Positions 41,692-51,495 of a stretch of DNA of 64,000 bases are shown one piece after another. Numbering within the stretch: the first letter of the stretch is position 1; the number at the start of each line of letters is the position of its first letter. Under the pieces are notes generated by a model that made no database searches, had not been told where the DNA came from, and saw only the letters and a list, made by a program, of their open reading frames with translations. Both the position numbers and the translations under genes were made by a program. Source of the stretch: Spirochaetia bacterium (lineage in GTDB: Bacteria; Spirochaetota; Spirochaetia; DSM-27196; Salinispiraceae); contig JBBRCZ010000002.1 of the NCBI GenBank assembly GCA_038204425.1, positions 160,001 through 224,000 on the forward strand, given 5' to 3'.

Positions 41692-43896
41692 ATGAAAATT
41701 GACCTTAAACTGGTGCAGCGCAACGCGCTGAGCGGTGTCTTGGTGTCGTTTGTGGCGTTGCCTCTTGCGGTGGGCTTTGGTGTCGCAGCGTTTGCGCCCC
41801 TCGGTCCGGCTTACGCACCCATGGGTGCAGTTGCCGGTCTGATTGGCGCTATCATGAGCGGTTTTTTTGCATCTCTTGCCGGTGGCTGTCCTTCGCAAGT
41901 TACCGGGCCAACAGGTCCCATGTCGGTGGTGGCTCGTACGGCTATTGCTACTATTATTGCTGCACCACACCTAGCGTCACTGCCTGAGGATCAGCGTGTG
42001 GCGGTTACACTCTTTCTATTTGGAGTAACCGTTCTGCTCGGTGGCGTGGTTGAAGTCTTGCTTGGTGTTTCCCGCGTGGGCCAGCTGATCCGCTACATTC
42101 CTTATCCAGTGTTGGCCGGATTTATGAACGGTGTATCAATTCTTGTGGTCGTAACCCAGATCCGCCCGCTCTTGGGCGTAGCCAGCAACACACCCTGGTC
42201 GGAACTCGTTGCAGGGTGGTCTGTCGAACAAAGTGCAGTACTTGTGGTGGGTGTGGTTGCGGCACTGGCAACTTGGATTTTGCCAAAATTTTCGCGCCGA
42301 CTTCCGGGAGCTTTGCTGGCACTTACCTTGGGTACCGCGTTATTCCTTGCTCTGGGTAACGCTTGGTTGCCCAAACTTATAGAAGGAGAGACCAACCTCT
42401 GGATCGTTGGCACCATTCCTTCTGTGGTACCACTACCACAGTTGTTGCTGGCTCTGCCAAAGGTGATCGGGGATCTTAAACTTGACTTGCTAGGATTGAT
42501 ATTACAGCAGGCTGTGCTTTTGGGTTTGCTGGGCGCAATTGATACCTTGCTTACTTCACTTATTGCGGACTTTAAAACACACACACGTCACAACAGCAAT
42601 CGAGAACTGATGGGACAAGGCCTTGGTAACATCATCTCCGGGCTTTTTGGCGGCTTGCCGGGAGCAGGTGCAACCGTCCGTACTCTGGTAAACATTGACA
42701 ATGGTGGCAGCAATAAGATTGCCGGCATGGTTCATGCGCTGGTTCTGCTTTCTATCCTTGTTTTTTTGGGGCCGCTCGCACGTTGGATACCTTTGGCTGC
42801 ACTTGCAGGAGTTCTGCTGGTGACCGCGTTTAAAATGATTGATGTCTGGAGTGTTTCAATGGCGCGCAAACGTTCCTTGCGCGAAGATAGTATCGTCTTG
42901 TGGTCGGTTACAGCGCTTACCGTCGCTGTTGACCTTGTTTTTGCCGTTGCCATAGGGCTTGCACTTGCTGGTGCGCTTTATATAAAAAATCAAACCAAGA
43001 CAAGCGTTATTCACCGCTTGAGTACTGGTGCAGTAATGCGCTCACGGCGCAAAAGAAGCGAGAACCAAACTGCGCTACTCGACAGTCTTGCCGAGCCAAT
43101 TCGCATTGCTCAACTCGAAGGCAGTCTCTTTTTTGGCACTGCTGATGACTTTCTCGCCGAGTTTAACCGATCCTTGGTACAGGGGCGCATTCTGATTCTA
43201 GATCTTGCGCGAGTCCGATCGATTGACCTGACAGGCGGACGCCTGCTCGGCGACTTGTACGACCGAGTAATAGCTGGGGGGGCACGGCTGGTGTTTTCTG
43301 GTTTAGCTGAAAAAGCCCCGCTGCGTCGTTTCTTGCAAGAACTTGGTCTTGCCAAAGATGACCAACTCTGGTTCCCGACGCTTGATGCAGCGCTGGAAGA
43401 TGCAGAGAATACCTTGCTGGTCCAACATGATGCTTTTGAGCACAAAAGCTCTGACCAAGTAGGAATTGCGGACTTTTATGCCTGCGCAGGCTTTGATCAT
43501 AAAGATTGCACCGCCTTGGGAAGCTATCTTGTGCGTGGGACAGCAGCGACAGGTGACTTGCTCTTTGAAGCAGGAAAAGCGAGTGATCAAATATGGTTTA
43601 TTGTGTCCGGTCAGGTAGAAGTCTTTCTGCAAGGCCAGTATGGAGCCATGGAAGTAAGCGTCTACACTGCAGCTTGCCATTGCGGGGCGGCTGCCTTTAT
43701 CGAGCAGCACGTGCGCGCCTACGGAGCCCGAGTGAGGGAAGAGCTAAGCTTTATGCGCCTTGACCGTGCCGAATTTCAACGCATGAGCCAGCAAGAACCC
43801 GAGCTTGCACTTAGACTACTAGGTAATCTTTCCCACGAACTTGCCCAACGGCTATCGCACGCAGTACAAGAAAATCGAATGCTTGCTGCAACCTAA
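41692..43896 (+). CDS. SulP-family anion transporter with STAS and cNMP-binding domains
   Basis: VALPLAVGF, GPTGP, NRELMGQG, GAGATVRT, GSLFFG, C-terminal cNMP-like LFEAG...FIVSGQV. Confidence 0.92.
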   Translation: MKIDLKLVQRNALSGVLVSFVALPLAVGFGVAAFAPLGPAYAPMGAVAGLIGAIMSGFFASLAGGCPSQVTGPTGPMSVVARTAIATIIAAPHLASLPEDQRVAVTLFLFGVTVLLGGVVEVLLGVSRVGQLIRYIPYPVLAGFMNGVSILVVVTQIRPLLGVASNTPWSELVAGWSVEQSAVLVVGVVAALATWILPKFSRRLPGALLALTLGTALFLALGNAWLPKLIEGETNLWIVGTIPSVVPLPQLLLALPKVIGDLKLDLLGLILQQAVLLGLLGAIDTLLTSLIADFKTHTRHNSNRELMGQGLGNIISGLFGGLPGAGATVRTLVNIDNGGSNKIAGMVHALVLLSILVFLGPLARWIPLAALAGVLLVTAFKMIDVWSVSMARKRSLREDSIVLWSVTALTVAVDLVFAVAIGLALAGALYIKNQTKTSVIHRLSTGAVMRSRRKRSENQTALLDSLAEPIRIAQLEGSLFFGTADDFLAEFNRSLVQGRILILDLARVRSIDLTGGRLLGDLYDRVIAGGARLVFSGLAEKAPLRRFLQELGLAKDDQLWFPTLDAALEDAENTLLVQHDAFEHKSSDQVGIADFYACAGFDHKDCTALGSYLVRGTAATGDLLFEAGKASDQIWFIVSGQVEVFLQGQYGAMEVSVYTAACHCGAAAFIEQHVRAYGARVREELSFMRLDRAEFQRMSQQEPELALRLLGNLSHELAQRLSHAVQENRMLAAT

Positions 43897-44265
43897 AAAT
43901 TGGCAGTGATTTCTGCGATCGCCGCAAAAATAGGTTGTACGGCCCTGACGCTTCGACAGTGGGTGGAGCAGTCGGAGAAAGACCAAGGGTTACAAGAAGG
44001 CTTAACGACCGGTGAGCGGGAGCAACTGAGGCAAGTTCCGCAGGAAAATAAAGAACTCAATCGTTTGAACTCCTTGCGTATCGTCTTGAAATACAAGGAG
44101 TTGTGAGAGGAAAGGTGCAACGTGAGTTGTATGCTGATAGACCCAACCAACTATGGGCGGGATTTGTCTCTATGGCTTTCGCAATTGATGCGTTTTCACC
44201 AACAAGTTCTGACCTTAGTTGCCGGACTTAATTAAAAAAGGCTCCGTTAAACCCGGGGTGGTTCA
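43897..44265 (+). mobile_element. IS3-family (IS629/IS51-like) remnant
   Basis: OrfA fragment IAAKIGC..TLRQWV...LTTGERE, OrfB fragments RPNQLW and AFAIDAFS, right end ...CCCGGGGTGGTTCA. Confidence 0.85.
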
Positions 44266-44431
44266 ATGCCGAATACTTAGCCGAGGACTTGCTTTTGGAT
44301 CATTGGCGACTTCGTAAACGGTTGGTCCACTTCCGTCTTGAGTCTTGCGGACAGTTGAAGCTCTGAACCCTATGGAATACTTCATTCAGTTTCGCCCTCC
44401 TACTGGCGAAAACTATCTTGACAGGTATTGC
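44263..44431 (-). mobile_element. Left end of a second IS3-family element with truncated OrfA
   Basis: Terminal-repeat-like sequence, GGAGG RBS, ATG 44385 giving MKYSIGFRASTVRK...VYEVA (IS3 OrfA-like start), cut by the other IS end. Confidence 0.55.
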
Positions 44432-44509
44432 ACAGGCAAGGGATCGTTGCGGAAATTTTCTGGGGCAATAGCCTACCAAATACAGCTTCCTATATTTTTG
44501 TAATACCCA

Positions 44510-44538
44510 TTGACAAATCCTATGGTAGATTCTATGCT
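44510..44538 (+). promoter_or_regulatory. Near-consensus sigma70 promoter
   Basis: TTGACA-N17-TATGCT, followed by GGAGG RBS and ATG 44561. Confidence 0.65.
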
Positions 44539-44560
44539 TGGAAAAAGAAAGGGGGAGGGA

Positions 44561-45121
44561 ATGACCATGCATTCTATAAAAGTCGAAAAAATAGTCAATG
44601 AACTCACTAGAGAAATAGTTGACTACAATTTCCCTACATTTGGTGATCTGTATAGCACTCAGTTAGAATTTTGGGCGGCGATAAAAAAATTTCATCGTGA
44701 TATTCTCGATTATGCAAGAACTATTATTGATAAGGAGGCTACGGACAAAGAAGACGAAGTTCTTAATGGTGATCCAGAAAGTCATTATACAAGGCTTGCT
44801 GAGAAAGCGCGATTGAGTAACAGGCAAGTCAAAAAATATATCGACGCATGCGTCGAAAACAGTGAAGCACTTTTTTTAGACCACCCGTTACCCTTTGTCT
44901 TGGATCAAAAAATTGCTAGCGGACGAGTAGAATTTAAGTATCGAGGCAGAGGTTTTTTTGCCAATTATGACGTGCAAGGTTTTCTCGATGGTCATAAACC
45001 GGTGGAGAACCCCGCTATTTATTCTTTTGATGCCACCTATCATGAATATCGTGATCACGGAAAAATTCATAGGGACCATGCACCTGCGGTAAGAATTGAC
45101 TATCCCGCGACACTTACTTAA
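44561..45121 (+). CDS. Hypothetical protein with C-terminal HRxxxPA-motif domain
   Basis: PAI...EYRDHGKIHRDHAPAV. Promoter and RBS present. Confidence 0.6.
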   Translation: MTMHSIKVEKIVNELTREIVDYNFPTFGDLYSTQLEFWAAIKKFHRDILDYARTIIDKEATDKEDEVLNGDPESHYTRLAEKARLSNRQVKKYIDACVENSEALFLDHPLPFVLDQKIASGRVEFKYRGRGFFANYDVQGFLDGHKPVENPAIYSFDATYHEYRDHGKIHRDHAPAVRIDYPATLT

Positions 45122-45231
45122 ACTTGCTTACAGACAATTTACCTTAGGTTTTTTGATATTTGTTGGCAGATTTTGGTATCCCGGTTCTAATGGCGCATGA
45201 TTTCGTTGCAAAAATAAAGGAGAAGTATCGT

Positions 45232-45846
45232 ATGAAAATAGTTTTTAAGGGTATTGTTTTGATTACCGTGTTGTCTATGGTTTTGGCTATGTCTGGCTGT
45301 TTTACTCTCGCGTCCAATCTAATCTTAAAAAATTAAGTTTATGAAGTCAAGTCCGATAGTGGCATAGTCTACGCTGTAGCCCAGTTTGAGGTTTACAGAG
45401 TACTGTTTTCTTTTGCCAAAATGCGCATAGGTGTTAACAAAGCTGCACCTCAAGATGGGGTTAGCATTTGGTTAAAGTATGCGCATAGTTCTGACATTTA
45501 TTTTGGGGCTGTCACCTTTGATGTGGATGGCATAAAAACCAAATTGGTGGAACTAAGCAAATCCCAGGCAACACGTGTTGATGAATTGTACGTGGGAGAA
45601 GGATTCTTTGGCTTTAGCGCAGAGACTATTGCCGAGGATGTTAAGGGCAAACTCAAAGATCTTGTGGATTCGATAGTTAATGGCAAAAAAGTTTCGGTCA
45701 AAGTTGAATGCGATTACAATGCATCTAGTCTCAAACTAGGTAGACAAAAGAATGCTCAAACTTATACCTTTACTGCAAATGATCAAATGATTCTTGCTGA
45801 CTGGTCCACCAGAATAGGCTCACCAGTTCCTGCTCAGTCCCAATAG
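45232..45846 (+). pseudogene. Lipoprotein gene interrupted by an in-frame TAA
   Basis: AAGGAG RBS, MKIVFKG...LAMSG-C lipobox, TAA at 45334-45336, same frame continues into the 45421-45846 ORF. Confidence 0.7.
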
Positions 45847-45868
45847 TTCCTAATAAATAGAACCAAGC

Positions 45869-45913
45869 AATCAGAATGTCTCATACAAGACATTCTGATT
45901 TTTTTGCTTTTTT
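45869..45913. terminator. Intrinsic terminator between convergent genes
   Basis: Perfect 13-bp stem AATCAGAATGTCT-N6-AGACATTCTGATT followed by a T tract. Confidence 0.8.
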
Positions 45914-46912
45914 TTACTCATTTTTGTTGAGCAATATTTGCAGTCCATCAAGTACTATCAATAAATTCTGATCGGTATTCCTTTTGTAAGCATCGTCTTT
46001 ATCAACTCTTGGACCGGTTACATCTGGTTTTTTTTTACCAAAGCACCAAATGCCGTTAAGCGGCAAACCTATCAATTCTGATTTTAATTCTCCATCTTCG
46101 TTTTTAAGATAGCTAGCTTTGACTCTTCTAACGGGGTTAAAGCGTCTTAAGGTAAATTCTTGTGCGTTGCCAGGGTCCTTGGTCGATTGAAACAGAAGAT
46201 CAACGGCAATCTCGCGCACCAACTCGATCTGTTTTTCTACGTTTTTAAAAAAATAGCGGCCTTCATCGTTTTGAGTCATTAAGCTATTTTGCTCTGACTT
46301 TTGAGAAGCACTACATTCTTTAAGAAAAGCACTAGGAATTGACTGGCTATGATTAATGAGCTCTATCAAATGAGGTTGCTTCTGAATCAAAATCAAACCC
46401 AACCAGCTTGTACCTTGTTGTTGTAAAAATCTAGTCAGTAGACTATTGATCTGATAGAAATCAGGTCCGTTGTAACCGTCGCTAGTGTAGGTAAAGTACC
46501 GGTCTATTTTTTTAGTAAGCGACGACAAATGTTCTTTCCAGCTTGACCCACTAGCTCCAAGATACACCCGTATCGAATCTACATTTTTTAAAATGCTGGG
46601 GCAGCGATAGTTTGGAGGGATGCTCGTATTGACAATAGGTTTTCCAATTTGCTTGACTAGGTATTTATCGATGCTTTTCGTAATGGACTGCCAATGGTCC
46701 AGCAAAACCTGTACGTTTTCGTCTTCTCCGGCATATTTTATAGAATAGGCGTCCTTAAATTCGTTTGAATGGGGTGCATTGTAAAGTACAGATGTTTTTT
46801 CAAATTTAAACGCGTTATTTTTTAGGTCGTCAATTTCTTTAAAGCAATCCAAAACATAAAAATCGTTGTTCCTAATACTGCGTCTTGTTCCTTCATATTT
46901 TCTGTTTCGCAT
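45914..46912 (-). CDS. Hypothetical protein, putative remote Tus (replication terminus-binding protein) homolog
   Basis: Intact 332-aa ORF with colinear motif resemblance to E. coli Tus, judged by eye (see findings). Confidence 0.5.
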   Translation of the reverse strand: MRNRKYEGTRRSIRNNDFYVLDCFKEIDDLKNNAFKFEKTSVLYNAPHSNEFKDAYSIKYAGEDENVQVLLDHWQSITKSIDKYLVKQIGKPIVNTSIPPNYRCPSILKNVDSIRVYLGASGSSWKEHLSSLTKKIDRYFTYTSDGYNGPDFYQINSLLTRFLQQQGTSWLGLILIQKQPHLIELINHSQSIPSAFLKECSASQKSEQNSLMTQNDEGRYFFKNVEKQIELVREIAVDLLFQSTKDPGNAQEFTLRRFNPVRRVKASYLKNEDGELKSELIGLPLNGIWCFGKKKPDVTGPRVDKDDAYKRNTDQNLLIVLDGLQILLNKNE

Positions 46913-47185
46913 TTCGTATTATCTCAATTATCGTAAATAAATCAAGTGCTAAAACCAGAAGCACTAGGTGCATTCAAACAGCCATTTTTCGTCCCGTGTA
47001 TATCGTCTTGTAATACCCTTAAAGTATACTGCCCGATGAGGTATCTTAGTCTCCAGAAGGTGGCGATAGAGCAGGGCTCTAATGAAATAGAGGTACTCTT
47101 GGAGATACTGGTCTCAGTTGTGATAACTAAGTATTTCCCTAGGTTACCAGCTTAGCCTATTTAAACAACTTTAGAATGGCATTTA

Positions 47186-47500
47186 AGCTTGGATCAATAC
47201 TACTAAAAAGAAGCAAAAGAGAACCAAGAGCCTTTTATTGGTATGCACAGCTATAAGTGTGGGGACAAACTCTATTTTGTTCACGGCAATACAGATGGTC
47301 TTTTTGAAGATTGTGATGACCAAGATCTTCTGGCTATATTTGATCTAGATTGCACCTATAGCGAATATCAAAAAAATGGATATTTGCACAGGGAGGATAG
47401 ACTGCCAGCTGGCATAGTCTGGTATGACGCTCAAATTTGAGAAAATTTTTGGGTAGATCATAAAAAAATTGATTCGCATGAAACAGAAATTCCAATATAA
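47186..47500 (+). pseudogene. Interrupted HRxxxPA-motif paralog
   Basis: LDQYY*KEAKENQEPFIGMHSYK...EYQKNGYLHREDRLPA...AQI*ENFWVDH, one frame with TAA 47204 and TGA 47438. Confidence 0.55.
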
Positions 47501-47526
47501 TTAATCAAAAAAACAGGAGGTGCTAA

Positions 47527-47901
47527 ATGGGAGCACTAACATACAAGGAACCAGAACAATCAAACTCAAGCAGTCGATTTTTGTATTTACAGCAATTTCT
47601 AAAAGAGGACAAGACACCAATGATGGGCAGCGTCACTTACAAGGACCCAAAGAATGGTGTCGAGTACGTTCTCCAACTGGACAGAGATGGCTATGTGCAT
47701 GGCCACGAAGAAGGTGACATTCCTGCTATTAAGAGCAAAGATGGAACCTATGCAGAATTTCGCAACCACGGCAAACTGCACCGAGGCTTTCAACGCCCAG
47801 CAATAGTTATTGAAACAGAAACCGAGTTAATCCAAGAACACTGGATCAATAATGTTGTTACCTTAATCAAACATTACGACAAGAGCAAGATCAAAGTTTG
47901 A
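47527..47901 (+). CDS. Small HRxxxPA-motif protein
   Basis: AGGAGG RBS, PAIKSKDGTYAEFRNHGKLHRGFQRPAIV. Confidence 0.65.
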   Translation: MGALTYKEPEQSNSSSRFLYLQQFLKEDKTPMMGSVTYKDPKNGVEYVLQLDRDGYVHGHEEGDIPAIKSKDGTYAEFRNHGKLHRGFQRPAIVIETETELIQEHWINNVVTLIKHYDKSKIKV

Positions 47902-47997
47902 AAGATGATGGTGTCTATCGTAACATTAAATTACCTAAAAATATTAAACTGGCATGGACAAAAACGTCGTCGGAGTTCTCCCTATTAATCTTGGAAA

Positions 47998-48243
47998 ATG
48001 GTATTAGACGACGAACCCTGTACAATAGGTATATGCGGGGAGAGAGATACGCTTAATATTAACCAGTCTGACCAAATTAAAGAACTACAAAGGGCAAGAT
48101 TTGCACCTTCCGAAATCGCTGAACGAGGGGATGTTAACCGTAAAACGGTGAACAAATACATGATTATCGTTGACTACAGGCCAACTTTAGAAAACCAGAA
48201 AGTAGAAAAATCTAAGTTTGCCCGTTTGATACAAGCGCGGTAA
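47998..48243 (+). pseudogene. IS21-family IstA N-terminal HTH remnant
   Basis: IKELQ...SEIAERGDVNRKTVNKYM, resembling the IstA N-terminus. Truncated. Confidence 0.55.
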
Positions 48244-48382
48244 ATTGCACAGGATACCTTGCTCCTGATGGCACTTTAGTAATTCACAACCCTGCAATCA
48301 CTGATAAAGGAACGATGTTTAGACCAAAAAACGCGCAAGAATATTTTGATGCACATTGAAAAATTTTAAAGCATCCAGTTTT

Positions 48383-49777
48383 TTATACATGTTTTCCTCC
48401 TCGATTCGATACGGGAAGAAGTTTAAGATCCGCGAATAACCACGGAACCATTTCTCCGACGGTTGGGTGAGGGATGACTGTATTCTGCAAAGTGGAGTAT
48501 GGAAGACCTGCCTGTATTGCAAGGGCGAGCATACCGATAACTTCGTCTCCTCCCACTCCAAATATGGTTGCCCCTAGGAGTTTTCCGCTGCTCTTTTCTA
48601 CCACTACTTTCATTGTACCCAGCGTCTCTGCTTTCTCTTTTGCCCGGCTTACCAAACTCATCGGCATGGTTCCTACAAGCGCATCGATTCCCTTTTCGGC
48701 TGCCTCTGTTTCGTTCATTCCCACGCGGGCAAGGGGCGGATCTATGTACATCACATAGGTCCTAGTTCTGTCAGAAATGCGCCGCTTCCCCTGTTTGAAA
48801 AAATGATCCAGAAACACCTGTCCATCGTGGACGGAGGTGTGGGTAAAGGCTCCCTTTCCGTTAACATCACCCAGGGCATAGATATGTTTCTTGCTTGTCC
48901 GGCCGTAATCGTCCACAGAAATATATCCGTTTTTATCCGTCTCTATGCCCGCCGCACTAAGATTTAACTCTGCGCTTGAGGGGATGCGTCCTGTTGCCAT
49001 AAGAATATGGGTGCCCGTGATTTCATGTTCATCTTTTCCCTGGGCATACCGAAGGATTATTTTTTTTCCTTTTTGCTCTACATACAAGGGCGAACTGTTA
49101 AGGTGGAAATCCATACCCTCGGCTTCCAGAAGTTCCTGAGCGATCGTACTTATTTCAGGATCTTCACGGTAAACTATGCGCTCGCCATGTTCGAATACGG
49201 TCACTCTGCTGCCAAAGCGTCGGAATGCCTGACCGAATTCCAGGCCGATGTAGGATCCTCCCACGATGAGAAGATGTTCCGGAAGTTCCTTCAGATCAAG
49301 AATACCCCTGTTGTTAAGCCAGGGAATGGTATTAATTCCGAGAATGTCCGGTTTCCTCGCGCGTGTTCCCGTATGGATTATGATTGCTTCCCCCCGGATC
49401 GTAGATTCTCCGACAGCTACCGTGTGCTCATCGATGAAACGTCCTTGGGCGGGGTAGAAGTCACTTACCTCTTCAAGCCACTTTCTGAAGCCCGAAGTGG
49501 CGTCATTACGGATTGCATTGACCCGTTCCATTACCCCTGCGAAGTTGATCTGCATCTTGGGAACCTCAATTCCAAAATCGTCGGAGCGGCGGACCATCCG
49601 TGCCACCCGTGCACTTGCAACTAAGGCCTTGGTCGGGGTGCATCCCCAGTTCACGCAAGTCCCACCCACTCGGTCTTCTTCTATAATGGCAACGGAAAGT
49701 TTCTCCTTGAGTATTTTGGGAAGAATGGTTCCCGTGGCCTGTCCCGTTCCTATAAGAATTACATCGTATGATTTCAT
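48383..49777 (-). CDS. Class I pyridine nucleotide-disulfide oxidoreductase (mercuric-reductase-like family)
   Basis: GTGQA, GGTCVNWGCTPTK redox disulfide, GGSYIGLE, ALGDV, HPTVGE. GGAGG RBS before ATG 49777. No MerA C-terminal CC. Confidence 0.9.
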   Translation of the reverse strand: MKSYDVILIGTGQATGTILPKILKEKLSVAIIEEDRVGGTCVNWGCTPTKALVASARVARMVRRSDDFGIEVPKMQINFAGVMERVNAIRNDATSGFRKWLEEVSDFYPAQGRFIDEHTVAVGESTIRGEAIIIHTGTRARKPDILGINTIPWLNNRGILDLKELPEHLLIVGGSYIGLEFGQAFRRFGSRVTVFEHGERIVYREDPEISTIAQELLEAEGMDFHLNSSPLYVEQKGKKIILRYAQGKDEHEITGTHILMATGRIPSSAELNLSAAGIETDKNGYISVDDYGRTSKKHIYALGDVNGKGAFTHTSVHDGQVFLDHFFKQGKRRISDRTRTYVMYIDPPLARVGMNETEAAEKGIDALVGTMPMSLVSRAKEKAETLGTMKVVVEKSSGKLLGATIFGVGGDEVIGMLALAIQAGLPYSTLQNTVIPHPTVGEMVPWLFADLKLLPVSNRGGKHV

Positions 49778-49884
49778 GTAGCCTCCTTTTTCGGCAGAAG
49801 AATGTTGTACCCCAAGGTTTGCCGGACATTCGATGATGACCGTTTTACTATCAACCAAGTTACAGCTTTGGTTACCGCAACAGT

Positions 49885-50772
49885 TCAATCCGCACTGTCG
49901 GCTTCATCCATAAGCAACGTGCGAACCGACTGTAATTCTTTAAGTCGATCCTGATTTACTTCCGGGTAACTCATACCAAGCCCATTCAGCGTTTCGATGA
50001 TAATTTTGGAGACAATCAAACGGGCATTATGCTTATTATCGGCGGGGACAACATACCAAGGCGCTTCCTTTGTGCTGGTTGCACTCAGGCATTCCTGGTA
50101 CGCCGCTTGGTAATTACCCCAAAATTTTCGCTCTTGGATGTCAGCAAGGCTGAATTTCCAGTTCTTGTCTGGCTCATCAATCCGCGCCAGAAAACGATTG
50201 CTCTGTTCCGCTTTGGACAAGTGCAGGAAGAATTTAATAATGCGGGTTCCGTTTTGATAAAGATGATGCTCCATATCAACGATAGAACGAAAGCGCTCTT
50301 TCCAAACAGCCTGCCCGTCGAGCAACTCAATTGGGAGTCCTTGACTGTGAAGAATCTCCGGATGGACGCGGACGATGAGCACATCCTCATAGTAGGAACG
50401 GTTGAAGATCCCGATGCGCCCGCGCTCTGGTAAACGGCGGGTTGTGCGCCAAAGAAAATCATGGTCTAGTTCTTCAGCGGTGGGTTCTTTAAAGCTGAAA
50501 ACCTGGCAACCTTGTGGGTTGACACCGGACATGACGTGCCGGATAGTACCGTCTTTGCCGGCAGCGTCCATACCCTGGAAAATCAACAGCAATGCATATT
50601 GATTGGAGGCATAATGCAAGCGTTGTAGAGAACTCAACTCATCCACGTGTTCTTCCAGAATATTTTTATAATTTTTCTTCGATTTGAAAAAAGGCTTCAC
50701 AATAGTTGGCCATTCCCTCAGTTCTACTCTTTTACCGGCGTGGACACAAAAGTCATCTGATTTAATTTTCAT
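49885..50772 (-). CDS. ppk2: Polyphosphate kinase 2 family protein (class III-like)
   Basis: [42 protein letters not shown]. Confidence 0.92.
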   Translation of the reverse strand: MKIKSDDFCVHAGKRVELREWPTIVKPFFKSKKNYKNILEEHVDELSSLQRLHYASNQYALLLIFQGMDAAGKDGTIRHVMSGVNPQGCQVFSFKEPTAEELDHDFLWRTTRRLPERGRIGIFNRSYYEDVLIVRVHPEILHSQGLPIELLDGQAVWKERFRSIVDMEHHLYQNGTRIIKFFLHLSKAEQSNRFLARIDEPDKNWKFSLADIQERKFWGNYQAAYQECLSATSTKEAPWYVVPADNKHNARLIVSKIIIETLNGLGMSYPEVNQDRLKELQSVRTLLMDEADSAD

Positions 50773-50971
50773 AATTACCTCTATTTTTTGGAATGAATTG
50801 TGTAGCTACAGCGTTGAAGTTTTTGGATGCTAGATAATGTGTTTTGACAAGACCTACTTCCAGTTTAACATGCTATAGCCATCCTAGATTCAAGCAACAA
50901 GTACAACGATTATAGCTCTTCTAGGAATTATTCCTTAGGGTGTTTTTACCAACTTTAGAATCTTCGATTTC

Positions 50972-51115
50972 CTAAAAAGAGGTTTGAAAATCCTGAAAGA
51001 GCCGTTCTTTTTTTTGTTTTTTCGAAGCCTCCGATGTTAAGCGAGCCCAGTACTTTATAGGAACAACTACGGCGGTGTGGCGCCTTTTTTCATCGGTTAG
51101 GTATTGAATGGTCAT
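50972..51115 (-). pseudogene. Antitoxin-like small-protein remnant
   Basis: AAGGAGGT RBS, MTIQYLTDEKRRHTAVVVPIKYW (QYxTDxxGxxTAVVxP antitoxin-like pattern). Probable premature TAG; no toxin seen. Confidence 0.5.
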
Positions 51116-51384
51116 AAGTTACCTCCTTGGATAATAATACTAAGAATTAGCTTGTTGGTCTTGGTTTTTCTCATTTGCGTGTATTTAATCGTCTAAAAAT
51201 ACCCATCACTCCTTGGAGATTTTTGCAGGTGCTTTTTGGCGCATTAGTGCATTTTTTTTGCGGTAACTTTCTCCTTCAAATAATAGATAACCCACTAGAG
51301 GACAGACCCCAAATAAAAGCAAAGCGAGTCCTAGATCTTCGCGGGAAGCCCAGGCGCGACCAAGGGAGGGCACCAGCGAGGCTC

Positions 51385-51495
51385 CACCATCAGTGAACGC
51401 TTTCGGGACTGCTCAAACGCGCCGACATAAAAAAGCCGGAAATCTCCACGCATGCTATCCGGCATTACACGGCCACCCATTTACTGGAAAACGCT
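51385..51495 (+). pseudogene. Tyrosine recombinase/integrase fragment
   Basis: LLKRADIKKPEISTHAIRHYTATHLLEN matches the box II HxxRH...ATHLL motif. Confidence 0.75.

Noticed and set aside
48383..49777. merA mercury resistance gene
   Set aside because: No N-terminal metal-binding domain, no C-terminal Cys pair and no mer operon genes.
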